From: Fimbriosthenelais zetlandica | Lineage: Eukaryota | Direction of reading: 5' to 3' | Length of the DNA: 64,000 bases | Assembly: GCA_977030845.1 (NCBI GenBank) | Contig: OZ365110.1 | Location: 44,888,001-44,952,000, forward strand | Notes under the pieces: model-generated | Told to the model about the DNA's origin: nothing | Seen by the model: only the letters and a program-made list of their open reading frames with translations | Databases searched by the model: none | Translations under genes and position numbers: made by a program | Shown: positions 1-12,299 of the stretch, in pieces | Layout of the letters: every line of letters starts with the position of its first letter | Position numbering within the stretch: position 1 is the stretch's first letter

Positions 1-582
1 GCTGGCTCTCTACCCCCTTTACTCTCCAGACCCCCAAGCCATTAAGAGCCCCAGCCCAGATATGACTTACAGGAGAGGACAGGAGATCCCCTCACAAATC
101 TATCGACTGGTTTTTACAGAAAGGGCCGATAAGGCAGATAGCAGTAGCTGATAAGGACGCGACTACAATAATGATATCATAATGACTTTGCCTCTCAGAA
201 ACTGCCCTGTCTATGCTCCTCTGAAGTCTACATCAATTCAAAGTCTATAATCCCTTCGATGCGCTATTAAAGAATACATTGTTATATATAGCGAGGTGAA
301 ATTGGATGTAACCTAGAAAGGCAATTTTCTCTCTTGAGTCATGGAAGGAGGGAGTTGAACATCACATCTTGTCAGTAGTCGATGTGATTTGTAATCATTT
401 ACATAACATGCAATACCAGAGGTTGAACAGGCGTCACATTGATCACACGAGATAGCAGAGAGTTCCATCTTAATTTAGTGTCGGCCAGGAGATTACAAGG
501 CAATCAATAGGAAGGATCACAAGCCATTACGAACACCTATAATCATTATAATATATATATACATAGATAGTGTGTTACTTAC

Positions 583-650
583 TCTCTTTGTATTGTATGA
601 GGTTTCGATGGCGATGCATGATGAGTAAACATTGAAAACAGTTCATCTCC
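583..650 (-). CDS. Next coding exon (68 bp, phase 2 in, phase 1 out) of the same gene
   Basis: Minus strand reads ttttcttctctttccag|G GAG ATG AAC TGT TTT CAA TGT ... TAC AAA GAG A|gtaagt, with strong acceptor and donor. It encodes (R)EMNCFQCLLIMHRHRNLIQYKE, matching the family motif C-(Y/F)-x-C...(K/R)H-x-N-(V/L)-(L/I)-QYKE that follows the previous exon's peptide. The split codon AG|G gives Arg, so the phases match. Confidence 0.88.
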
Positions 651-1774
651 CTGGAAAGAGAAGAAAATAAACACTATAAGAATATAGTCAATAAAAGGGA
701 GTGTTCCTATAACAAAATAGATCCAATCATTCAACCAGAATACCACTGCACCATTTCCCAAGGAATTTCAGGAAAGAGAAAGAACAAAAACGTTACATTA
801 CTTCCGGAGGGCACCCCTTATCTAATTAATGACCCACTGTATCTGATTATAAGAATCGTGAATTATGCATGGCTATTGACTAAGATTATGTCCTTGTGTT
901 TTAATATTCCCTGAAGAAAGCAGCTGCTCTGCAGTCTAAGCCTATACATATGAATTACCAAACGACGAGGTTTGCACAGTTATATACAATGCTGAATCAG
1001 ATGGTTGTGTCAACTTCTTTTCAACATTAATTGCACTAATTAAATATCAATCTATATGCAGAATCAACTTGTCAATTTTAGCGAGGAGGATGCCCACTTT
1101 AAGACGGGGCGTATCGATAGAAAGCTCCGAGCACACCTTTCTTCTTTCCGCGTGAGCCATTGTTCTGCATGCCATGGTTGTAAGTTATTAATTCAGAAAG
1201 TTGATGATATACAAGAAAATTAGATCAGCTCCAACCCGGGGCGGCCTACATATTGGACTAATTACACATTAATGAAGTGAAGGCTTTTCACCAGGGAAAA
1301 AAAATTATCGAGGGATAAGAGATGGGGACCACTCCGATCTGTGATGCAATCCATCTCTGAAGCCCATTCGGCGAGAAGCGGGCTGTGTAAGTAGCATAGC
1401 AAAAGGTCACACATGTATATGCGGGCTATATGGTTTACTTCCCTTTTATTTGTGGGGCATACAAGCACCATTCCCCCGAGAAAAAGTAGTTCGTTTTCCC
1501 TCCAAGCAAACTTCTAAGTAGATATGGTTACTTCGATAATATCTACGTTCATTATGTCACTGAAGTTAAACTCGGACTGACCTATCACGTTGAAAGTATC
1601 AAGTAATCAAGACAAAATAATGATTTTAATTTGGTTTGAAGTCAAAGTAATAAATACCAAGATCCTGAATGTAACCTTTTACAATGCATATAATAGATAA
1701 TGTTAAAAATATATTATGTCAGGCGGGACGTAAACTTTCAACTGTCAAAACTTTGAAATTCAATTTAGATATGT

Positions 1775-3650
1775 AGGAATATAGGCAGTCCATTATAGAC
1801 AGGAGCTGCTCCTGAAATTACAGAAAGATGATTAGATAAATATGGAAACATGGCCACTGATGTCTTATGCAACTGATGGGGTTGCACTCTGTATGAACAA
1901 GATGAAATTTCGGTATTAGGCCTTATTCATATGGGATCCAGCGGATGTGATGAGGCCTGATAGCTACTGATTTAGGTAAGGCAGGTCAGGGCTATGTGCA
2001 ATCTAAGCAATCAGAGGCCCTTGCCAGCCATGTTATCAGTGCCCTTTATGGTATGGAAATAGGACGTAGATAAGAACCTTGGGCAGCCAGGCTGGGATAT
2101 CATATTGATCACCTTCGGCTAAAGGTGTGTCAATGACTCAGGATCCCGTCTTCAGAGGCTATTCGCTAACTGCCAAAACTGGATCAAGTTATCTACGTAG
2201 AAATTGCTTACTCCCAGGGGCCGAATAGTGCAATAGATTATGGCGACTGGAACATTTTCTTATATGTGCTTTGCCATTAAAGCTTTCCTTGGCAAATTAA
2301 TGCCAGAGGGGTATTCGCAAATTATACCAGCAACTGATACGGGAGAATATTTTAGCATATCCTCTATTATATAGCCAGGCGCCTATGTATTGTTGATCTT
2401 CTTTGGAAATGCAGACTTTATGCCACAGGGCTTCATTGGCCTCACAAAGTGCAATGTCCGACCTCATATAGACGGAGGAAGGTCCCGACAGTGTCAGACA
2501 GACTGGGCATATTATATTTTCGGGCCTTTGCCTTTGGTATTGGCGGTGAGTGGAATTTTACCTCATGTAAATCACCACATCCCTATGTATAGATTAGTCC
2601 CTTTAGGTTCACCAAGTCAGCCTCCCATAAGCTGGTCATATATTCAGCCTTGGAGGCTGTTTTGGTGCAGACGTGATGCACCTGCGGTTACAATTACAAT
2701 CAGCAAGTGAGTTAGCTTTGGGAAGAGTAGACCGATCATATTGAGAGAAAGCCTTGATGGTCATGCCTTGATCAGTTGATGTTAGACTTGGCAGAGCCTC
2801 CTCCGGTCTCCTATCTCCAGTTGTCATTTTTCAGTTATCACCACTAAATGACTGGTATGGGCGGCAGGCTGGCTACCAAGCCGTCATCCCCTGGGAGTAG
2901 GATAAGAGGTTTGTCGTGCCAATATCAGACTATAGGGATTCCATATCTAGCTACCAGACCCCATCTCAACCCGGTCTCTCCCAACCGCAACCGACCCGAC
3001 CGACCTAGCAGCCAGCCCATAGGGACGCTCCTAAGAAGGCTATATACAAATTCAAAGCTAATTCCACCCGGTAAATCACCCTTGCTTGATCCAATATTTC
3101 AATAAAAATGCCTATAACGGTGGCCATTAGAGTCCGGTGAAATGGTGGAGGGAGGTGAATGAGAAGTGGTGATTTGCCCAGGCAATGATCGCAGCAAATG
3201 GCTCAGCTCTGGGCAAAGACAGCGGGTCAAACAGTACTCAGTCCGAGCAAGCCAGCCAACCACACTTAAATAAAGCTTAAGGAGGTGACAGGACTACAAA
3301 ATACGAGCTCGCCAAGAGGAGAGGAGCTTTTTAAAGAAACAGTCACAAGTGAGATTTACGGTCCTCCTCTTTCAATGTGTCTGCATATTTCAGGAGGAAT
3401 AAAGTGAGGGGCTTAGGATTTTTCCTTGCCCCATACCTCGGTAACACGGAGGCCTGGAAATGGCGAAGTGATTTGGAGTTGGGAGTCAGACTCTTAGAAG
3501 TGATGAGAAGATTCATCAGAGAACTATGGCCCATGACCTCTTCCTCAAACGACCGTGAAGACATGCCGTGAGGAAATTTCAGCCACTCAGTATCCACTTT
3601 GGCCATTTTGTATGGCGGCCTCTAGAAGTTTGCCATTTTAGCCAACGGTG
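1775..3650 (-). mobile_element. Decayed DIRS-like (tyrosine recombinase class) retrotransposon relic: putative ORF1 start, RT and connection region
   Basis: Minus-strand motifs in DIRS order: IRPLGVSNFYVDNL (YVDN at 2199-2188, degenerate YLDD), INMISQP, and VYNGLPI (about 1800-1780, like W/YNGxPI). An ATG-initiated 87 aa ORF at 3606-3343 lies upstream. No recombinase domain was seen. Confidence 0.55.
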
Positions 3651-3899
3651 ATGAAGAGAACAAGCTGACAGCCAACAGAGCGGCGAGATTGGTTACAGGG
3701 AATGGTGGCCACACGCCAGGCTTGGCCTTTGTTCAAGCCCTACACAAGAGGTGTTGGTTTGTAGTTGAAGAGCCTGAGGAAATGGACCATTTTGACAGTA
3801 GCCACTTTTTCGATTTATCCCATCAGCTTGTGTAAATAGCGTGAAGAGCTTGTCCTCTGTCTTTACCTTACACTCACGCAACCACTGGATGGAGATGTA

Positions 3900-6600
3900 A
3901 GGACAGTTTCATATCTCAGTCTCGTGCACCGTCTGCTTGTTTTCCCCGGATGGCCATTGCAGAAAAAACACAGGTCCAAATATTGGGACAAACTTTGTAC
4001 AAATAAGGAAGGGAGGGTCCCATGGGTGGAAATAATAATAGGACTCCCACACATTTCTTTGGTTCTGGTCCAGCATTATTCTCACCAGCATCCTTGTAAA
4101 AAAAAAAGAAAAAGAAACGGAACAAACATCAACTTTTAAATCACTTCTCATTTTGATGACATGCTCTTCAAAGAGCCTCCTGGGCTCTGTTCTCTTGCGA
4201 TCGGGGGAGAGAATATCTACAATAACAATGAAGATGAAGCAGCTCATGACCTAAAATAAACAATGACGTAATGCTTTCATGACAGAGACACTGAGATGGG
4301 ATGCCTTTGTTGGAATGACATTTATTTTTGGGGAGTGGAGTCATTGATGAGCTGCTCCCTGTTGGCCGGTCCCTGGGGATGGCAATCCAAGGGGTGATAT
4401 CCCACTGACCATGAGGACCCCGTCTATACCTTATCTCCTGTGTGCCATGGCGCCGGGTAAATGGGATTGCTGAGCCCCTCACGGCTGTATGAAGGATATC
4501 CCTTTCACCCCATGCATGCACTATCCACTGCATTCTGCCCATTTGTATACCAGTATAGCTAACACCTAGTATGACTCTCAAAGCACTAAAATGCGCAGCG
4601 CATAAAGACGAGCAAATTGACAGTCGGATTAGTATGATGAACGTGAGCAAAGGGTCAATTGGAGAACCGTCTTTCAAATTGTGTGAATATGAAATTGCCC
4701 AGTAGTTTAGGGTTTCTTTAGCACTTGACCGATAGTTTTGCCTTGCCTTGTCATGTTGCTACTATAATATTGATTTATTTTCTATTATAGGAGTCCGTGC
4801 ATCATCTTCCTAAAAAACTCTAGGCCTATGTACATGTGTATTATATAACGTGATTGGGGTATTGACAAAGTTTCAGTTTATCTTTCCATGTCCCTCACAG
4901 AAAAAAAACAAAGACAGCACCTTTGGCCCAGCAAATTGCTGGGCAATACTAAGGCTTCGTGATAGTCATGGAGGTGGACACAGGAAGATAAATACTTTGA
5001 TCCGATATATGATGAATAAGACAGGGGTTCAAAGGGGGCAGTGCAGGCAAACCGATTTATAAGTCTGGATGGCCGCTATTGGGAGAAGCCTGCACTTCAT
5101 GCGCCATATTTCTCGCCTGGAAAGGCGAGTGTTTTCGCGATGGATCCCGATCAGGCGACCCGTATACCTTCACCCCACCACCCCGGGCCCCCGTCATGTC
5201 AAACTGGGGGAGCTTATCTGTGGACAGGGCCATAGATAGACACACAACGTCGCATGACTGGCCTTCAGACGTCGCGCTGACTTCACACAAAGATACCACG
5301 GCCAGAAGGGTGCGCGCGCACACCCCGTTTCTTCAATAGGATGAGTGACGTCGACATCATATGGTCCGAGAGGGCCTCCACCAATAGCAAAGCAGAGGTG
5401 TTCCCAGTGTATATACTGGCAACTACAGGCTTTCACCAAGTTCAACTCTCTGTGTGGCAGCCATGGGATTTGGGCGGGCAGTAAATGTAAATTGGAATCA
5501 GTTGCCTTTCTCCTGACTGGACAAAAAGCCGGCATATGGGGCTCTAGCAGTAAATCCGGCGAGGACTAGTAGGAATATATGGCGGTCCTAGGTTGTCAGC
5601 TCGGACACCATGCAATGTCCAGAAGGAAATGCCGTGTGACGCCCGGTAAAAGTATTCTCATTGGACCTTGTTTTATGTGCGCCAGAGACCAATGGGTCTG
5701 TCAGGGAGAAAAAATAGTACGCCCTTGCATTAAACAATTATCTAAGCTGAAGATCAATAAAATCACTCAGGCAAAAACATTATCATGCCACAGTAAACTA
5801 TCCTCGTTGCCATTGATAATGGATCTTTCTAAAATCTGAAAATGTTGATTTACAACTTGATGTGCACACGGAGTTCATGTATAGGGGAGTCATTTGCAAA
5901 AAAGCAGCGTCTGAAATATTATCCCAAGTATTGACTGGTTATGGAATGGAAATCAATAAAGGGTAGGTCTCTAAATAGGTGTCCTAAAAACCTCATCCAT
6001 AAAAGCCCAGGGATTTTTTCTTGCTCCCCGTTTGGACCGCATTTGGTTCCGTTTCATGCAAGAGTACCATATCTGTGTATAAGGTGTGAGCCTGTACATC
6101 CAAGATATAGAAAATGATGCATGCCCCTACACAGGTTGAGCACCAGGAGAAAAAACATCCATGAATAAATTCACTATCGAGGTCATTTTCTTGGCACCAT
6201 CTAAAGGAATACTATTATAGTGACTTCAATCAGAGTTGGAGAATCTATTACTGCAGGACGCAGGGCCCATGAGGGATTCTTTGGAACTAACCACCCATAG
6301 GCCCTGCCCTTTGAATTGCGGACGATGTTTCACGAATCAAAACAACATGTCCCGTTCTGGAAAGAGGTTATGATCCCAATCCTCCGATCTCCTTGCCATC
6401 AAATCGGAGGTAAGAAAGACTGGCAGGCTTAGTAGGCCTTGGGGACAAAGTGGTGGAAGCGGCTTCTCTGTTCCCCAACGTCTTCTAGCCTGGTCCATTA
6501 TGAAAATGTGATAAATAGTCCGGAATGCTCTGCCAGTGCATGGAACATAAAAGAAATCTACAAGATAAGAGCATCTCCTTTATTTCCTCCTTTGGGTACG
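3900..6600 (-). mobile_element. Decayed L1/Tx1-like LINE relic (endonuclease to start of RT)
   Basis: Endonuclease-like DMVLLHETE (about 6074-6047, cf. DIIFLQETH) and LTDPL...ENTFTGRH (about 5705-5640, cf. LxDxWR...YTF). TKFVPIFGP near 4000 resembles the segment after the PGPDG motif. Many stops and frameshifts. Confidence 0.5.
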
Positions 6601-6902
6601 TCAGGTTTTTATCTAGGTTGTGACTGAATAGCAAGCTACATCCAATCCAAGGTTCAGAACTATGACATTTTTATACACAGCTAGTTCTTTATGGACAGTA
6701 TACAGTATTTTATGCTTTTTCAGCTACTCCATCAGCAAAGAGATCCAAATATTAAGTTATAAAAAGGATAAAGGGATAATGTTTCACAGCAATATCTTTC
6801 CTGTATTGTTCATTAATTGAAAAAAGTCATAATGTAAGTTTGTATCTTATTTTTTGTATCTTTTCCTATTTATTTGTTTGTTTGTTTTGGTTGTTCTTTT
6901 TC

Positions 6903-6916
6903 GGGGGGGGGGGGGG
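6903..6916. repeat. Poly-G run (14 nt) after a T-rich tract
   Basis: tc-gggggggggggggg-ctgc seen directly. Confidence 0.9.
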
Positions 6917-9075
6917 CTGCCTTTTTCCGAATTAACGGGTTACGAATGGATTGTGGTAAATATGATGCCAAAAATAAACTTAATTAGAACATCAATCATC
7001 TTAAATCTGATGCATTTCGACATCAGGAAATTGAAATAGGTCGAAATAGTAGTCGAAATAAGCAATGACCCCCACTCACATTTTCCACCAGTTGTATAAT
7101 AATATTTCAATGAATTATAGACAACTCAACACAGAATAATTAAAGGTATTTACAAAGGACTTAGTGAATCATTATTTTTATCGGTTAGGCTATTTTCTTC
7201 CATTCAGATCTATAGTGTCTCTCTGAAGTAAATACTGTTGTTGAAGTACTGTGTTCTATTTCCGCTTCTCTCTGCGTGAGCTACTCTCGTGCACTCTCGC
7301 CCTCCTCGAGATATCGGATCGATGGTGAGTGTCTGCCTTGCCTGACACAGATCACAACGAGATAGCCTTTACCATCTTCTTTTGATATAATCTACCTTTT
7401 AGACTTAACCCAACACACACTTTTAGATGTTCAGCTAGGGTTTCGTTTTGATGGACTGGGTGCTGTATATTATTGTATTTTTCCATTTCATTATTTCACT
7501 GGAATCCACGCTCTTATATTATTCTATGCATGCATTTTATAGTAAGATGACCCTTTAGCAGTTAAAACACAGATGTACTTGAATTGAGAGCACAATAGCA
7601 TGCATGCATATACAGTTATAATATATCAAAATGTGGCTTCTTAGATACAATTTCAAACCAAGAGAAAGTGATACAAACAAGCAAAAGCCAAAACTAGATG
7701 CAACCCCAGTGCACGAGTGCCGACAATTGGGAATGTATTGACAAGCATCTCAAATAACTGGCTGGCCAATAAAAGAACGTCAATCCTACAATTCTGGTGG
7801 AATTCGCTCACCGCCAACCCAGCCTTCCTCTCATTCTAACCTCAGTCGATGGCCAGGGACAATGCACTTTATATGCGGGAATCATAGGACGAAGATCCAT
7901 GAATAGGAAATGATGGCATCCCGTTGATTTCCTTCTTGTAAGGCATATTTAGGACTTCCGCTGTCTGCTTCCTTAGCCATATTTGCATACACGTCTTATA
8001 GATTTTGTAATTCATGTATTTCTGTGAGTTAAAATAGGCACATTATCTCTATTATTGATATAGAACTTTATGTGAATATATTTTGTATGACCTTTAGTCT
8101 ATAAAGTTGATAGGAAGTACAAAAGAAAAACAAATTTAATATAGAGGAATTCAGAACAGAAGAACTGTTTAGAGATTCCTGCCCATGGCAGATTATTAAA
8201 TCTCTTCTAAAGGCGTTATGCTTCAGTTGCTACGGAGACACATCAATTGCCTGTCCAGCTTATCAAGGTCCCATGATGAAGGCTGACCACCAAAGCTTAC
8301 TGCCACGAAGAATTGGAAAGGACCTAAAAGGACCTTGGCTGCCGTGGCTACATCAAGCATTTCATTTGCTGAGAAAGTCACGCGTTAAGAGTAAAGCAGC
8401 CTGAATAAAAGATTTCACCAACTTACAGCTAGCTACTAGTGCATACTGCTTTATTTCATCTGAACTCAGGGAAAATCTGGCCATTTGGGATTGGCACCGG
8501 TCGATCTGGTTTGGGCGCCTGTGAAAGAGCATGGAAATTGTTCAATTGAACCGATTCGAATGGCTGGAGATTCAATTGTCACAGGCAGCTTAGCGGAAGT
8601 TGGCTACACAAGCGTTCTTCGGCCATAGGATATTAGGCTGGTTAGGTCGTCTCGGCCGAGTCTAAATAAAGCGTTTCTTGAGGGACAGCAGTGACTGCCT
8701 GCGGGCCAAATCCATTTTGCTTTCATTCACATTGATTGCGTATTGTCCCACGTATGAAACATGGTAAAGCTGGAGATAGGAGAGGAGGACATCTCTGCCA
8801 AGGTGACTAGGATATCAATATAACATCAGCGGTAGGCAACCGAGCTGAAGATTGCAATTATGGATATAGGTCCTTCTGTAGACATGGCAGGAGGAACAAT
8901 GTCTGTCTCCTATAGGAATAACGGATATACATGTTCTTTGTTTGCGGTAAGGGGCAAAGCCGCAGGACAGGTTAGGTACATGGGTAAATATTGATGCCGA
9001 CAGGGTTTATTATATCAATCTAATCTAGGATCTAATTAAATTTGTGTATATTTTTAAATAAATGTACATCAATAT

Positions 9076-9116
9076 CATGGTACATATATATATAATAACA
9101 TGGTACATATATATAT
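9076..9116. repeat. Tandem duplication of catggtacatatatatat (period 23)
   Basis: Copies at 9076-9093 and 9099-9116 seen directly. Confidence 0.85.
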
Positions 9117-9249
9117 TATAATACTGGCATTAGAATGCTGAATATTCTGTGATAATTTAACACGGAGAGACTCTTATGAATAGAATAGAAGACAGTGCAT
9201 GTACCTATATTCCCAAGCCTTTGAATTTGAAGCAAAGGTCAACATCCTC

Positions 9250-10080
9250 AACTTTAGTCTCTTACTTCTGGGCCCCATCCATTAGCTCACACTCCCCCAC
9301 ACTCCGCGGTAACAAAAGCAATAATCTCGTAACATGATTCTTAAACCAGGGGTCCCACATCTCACCGACAGTCCGACATTGAAGAGATAAGCACTGCAGC
9401 AAAAATACCATCGGCGTTAGAGTTCTTAGAAGTGTTCGGCCACAGCTCACCCTTCCCAGCCTGTGTTTTAACGCTCATCATTCCACTGGAAATTGATGTT
9501 TTAGGATGCCTGCTGCGAAGCAAAAAACCCTGTTATTCCTACGCGAGAAAATAGTCCAGAACTTTCTGGGGAGTCTTTTCAATGCATACGCTTGGTTAGC
9601 ATTTGGATATCGCGTCCATCTTTAGGTGAAGTCCAAGTTACATGATTCACCTCCCAACTTGTTAGTTTTAGTATGGGGAATGACTTTGCCATGTACCAGC
9701 TACTCTGGTTATGCACTGAGCCGGGGAAACTCCCACATGTTTCTGATATTGTTTCTTGGACGTGCGATGAACCGTTGTTTGGGTCACCATCCTTTCTGCT
9801 GTAAGACTATGTATCATCCCTCATCATTACTGCATAGATGCACTCCCAGTGTGGTCTGTTAGATGCTGATCCAGCCTCGCGTGATATTTGTTAATTATCT
9901 CTTTTTGTGTAGGAGTTACTCGGCGAGCAATCTATGTATTTTGCCTACAGAAGAGACCAAAGTTATTTACCCCAGCAACATGCTATCTACATTAGCTCCC
10001 ATTGTTTCCATATCTATGAAGCATTGTTTCTCGTTCCATGTGGAAATGGTATGTGACACCAATGGCCAGGCATGTCGCCA
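9250..10080 (-). mobile_element. Decayed hAT-family transposase relic (TTF-type zinc finger plus catalytic-domain start, ZNF862-like)
   Basis: Minus-strand motifs in expected order: NNFGLFCRQ (9968-9941, like WLxYDxxNNxMFCxxC), WYMAKSF (9699-9678, like AYxxAKxxxPF) and NADGIFAAV (about 9419-9395, like ANAxGIFxAI). No terminal inverted repeats found. Confidence 0.5.
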
Positions 10081-10639
10081 AGACAATCTAGACTAAATAT
10101 TTATGCGCTGCAACGCAGAGAGATTGTTTTGGAACAGGTCTATAAATCCAGTGAGTCCTTCAGCTCAGTCCAACTCCGTTTTAGCAAGGGTATAACTTAG
10201 AAGATATAGCTTGTGTATCTGACACTAGCCTTATCATCGTGAAAGGTATTACATTTCCTATCATCTGTCGGCAGTCAAATAATTCAGAACATGACCAATG
10301 TTTCCATTGTGCCCCATGAAGAACAGCTCATGAAGAAATGAGGCTGGTGTCGGGGGCTGCTGACAGGGCGCTTTTTGGGGGTGAACATTAGAGCCCCCTG
10401 AAGGGCGCCATTTTGTTACACTACCTGGTGAGGTAGACGGGAACTGTCAGTACCCCCACAGGTGGAGCTCTCATCAGTATCTATAAGGCTTGCCTATACA
10501 CTGCTTCATATCGCAAACCTTCATGTTCACCACAGCATAGTTATCGCTTTATCACCTCCTCAAGCCCATTCACACCTCCAATATAGAACATCGTCAGTCA
10601 AACTTGCGACAAAAACCTCATAACGTACCTCGACCCCTA

Positions 10640-11160
10640 TCTTTCAGAATGCTAAGGAAAACTATATGGCTTCTAAGCACACAGACTCCTGTTTTACAAA
10701 TATTCATCCATGGCAGACAATATTACGATTTAAGTGGAACTTTTCGAAAGTTACCGGTAGACAAAGGACTGAACGAATTGTCAATAATTTTACTATAAGT
10801 AGAAATCGTATCAGATGCGTCAATTTATGCACTGGGTGCCATGACAGAAGTGAATTCAGTAGAGGGATTTTGAAATATCTCAACCAATATTAGGTTTTGA
10901 TATTTTTATTTCTATGCATCAACAGATCTGCCTTCTTCAATTAGATTGGAAAGTGCCTTTTGAATGTTCACGCCAGGTTGTGATGGGAATTAGAGGCGCC
11001 AACATAGAAGGATAGAGTGACAAACTCCTAGAAAGGCTCAAGGAAATTTACAGGAATCAATAAAGATATTTGTGGCGGCATCCATTTTAATTAAAATATC
11101 ATAGACTATATCCCTAGGGGCCTAAATGTAAATATTGATTCAAACTAATCAGAAGACATG
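10640..11160 (+). mobile_element. Decayed CR1/L2-like LINE relic (linker and RT start)
   Basis: QNAKENYMASK...PWQTI (cf. KAKxxYY...LWxxI), RIVNNFTISRNRIR (cf. FNxFFxxKIxxIR) and TPGCDG at 10970-10987 (cf. SPGxDG). Confidence 0.55.
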
Positions 11161-12299
11161 TTTCAAACCTTTCATGATGGTTATCTCCAGGCGATAAAAC
11201 GCCTGCCAAGTCTCAGCCATAGACCTGCCAGAGGAATGCAGTGAGAGGCAGCTGTGCAGTACAGCTATACACCTTGTAGTGAGGGGCTTTATCTCCACAC
11301 CATGAATATTCTTTCCTATTGTTTAGAGACTTCTTCATTACCTAATCGTATGCTCGAGCATTTATCACAGATTGCTGGCGATATGAACGTCACGTTGGAC
11401 GTGAATGCTGGGTTCAACCACTTTGCTGGGCTTGGCAGACTCTGGCAGAGTGTGAGGGTTGAGATGGGCTAGGGGCAACAATGTATGGTTGCCTACCAAT
11501 GGTGAAAGCTGGCACGTGTCGGGTTTTGTTTGCTGGGCTTTACCATGATCTCATGTATGAGATGCTGTATTCACATCACATGGCTAACCAAATGCTGGCC
11601 ATTGTCTGCTTACCCAACAAACGAGGGACCCTGACCCTAACTGTCCACGCTTCGCTCCATATCTATGACACTCCTACAGGCACTTTGGGTCACTTGTCAC
11701 ATATAAATTACACATGGATCTTGTCTTGTGTAAACACGTCATGCAGACCTGAACAAACTGTATGAGCTAACAAGGAGAGGATCGTGAGGAGAGGAGTTCC
11801 TAGGGGAATATAGAGAGATGAGAGGACGCAGTGATTTCTCTCCCAGTGCTACTTGTATGGAAGTCAGTCTGTGATCACGTCTTTTGCTTGTGGTAGCCAG
11901 ACTTTTAACAATGCAGAAGAGCATCTCACAATTTTCTCCGACTGAGTGAGCTCTTCAGATCGCGTGGCATATTTGAACGATGGTGGCAAAGGTTGGGAGG
12001 AGACTGGGAGCGATATGCCAAGGCACGTGGGCTGCTTTTGTCTCCTGTCCTCTTTGCTCCCAGGTCCCATTCCTTAGGGCAACATGGGGATGCGCCTAAA
12101 CACCAACACCATCAATTATTAGTCTGTCTTTTTCATCAGGGCCTAATGATTGTTTTCAGGGAAGGGGATTCTACAGACAGCCCTGTGTCGGGCCAGGTTA
12201 TTAAGGCTTGGTGCTGGAAGTTGGAATCAGAACTGACAGAGCAGCCTACAGGTGACGATTCCAATTAATATTTGCCCTAGCATTAAATACCCACAGAAT

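Noticed and set aside
280-330. Possible next host exon starting at 312 (ttgcctttctag|GT TAC would give Ser-Tyr)
   Set aside because: The frame hits TAA after SYIQFHLAI with no donor before it; the true next exon is probably left of the window.
4168-4677. 169 aa minus-strand ORF
   Set aside because: No recognisable domain or splice context; lies within a decayed L1-like region.
8200-8950. Possible L2-like linker relic on the minus strand
   Set aside because: Only one weak motif resemblance; not supportable.
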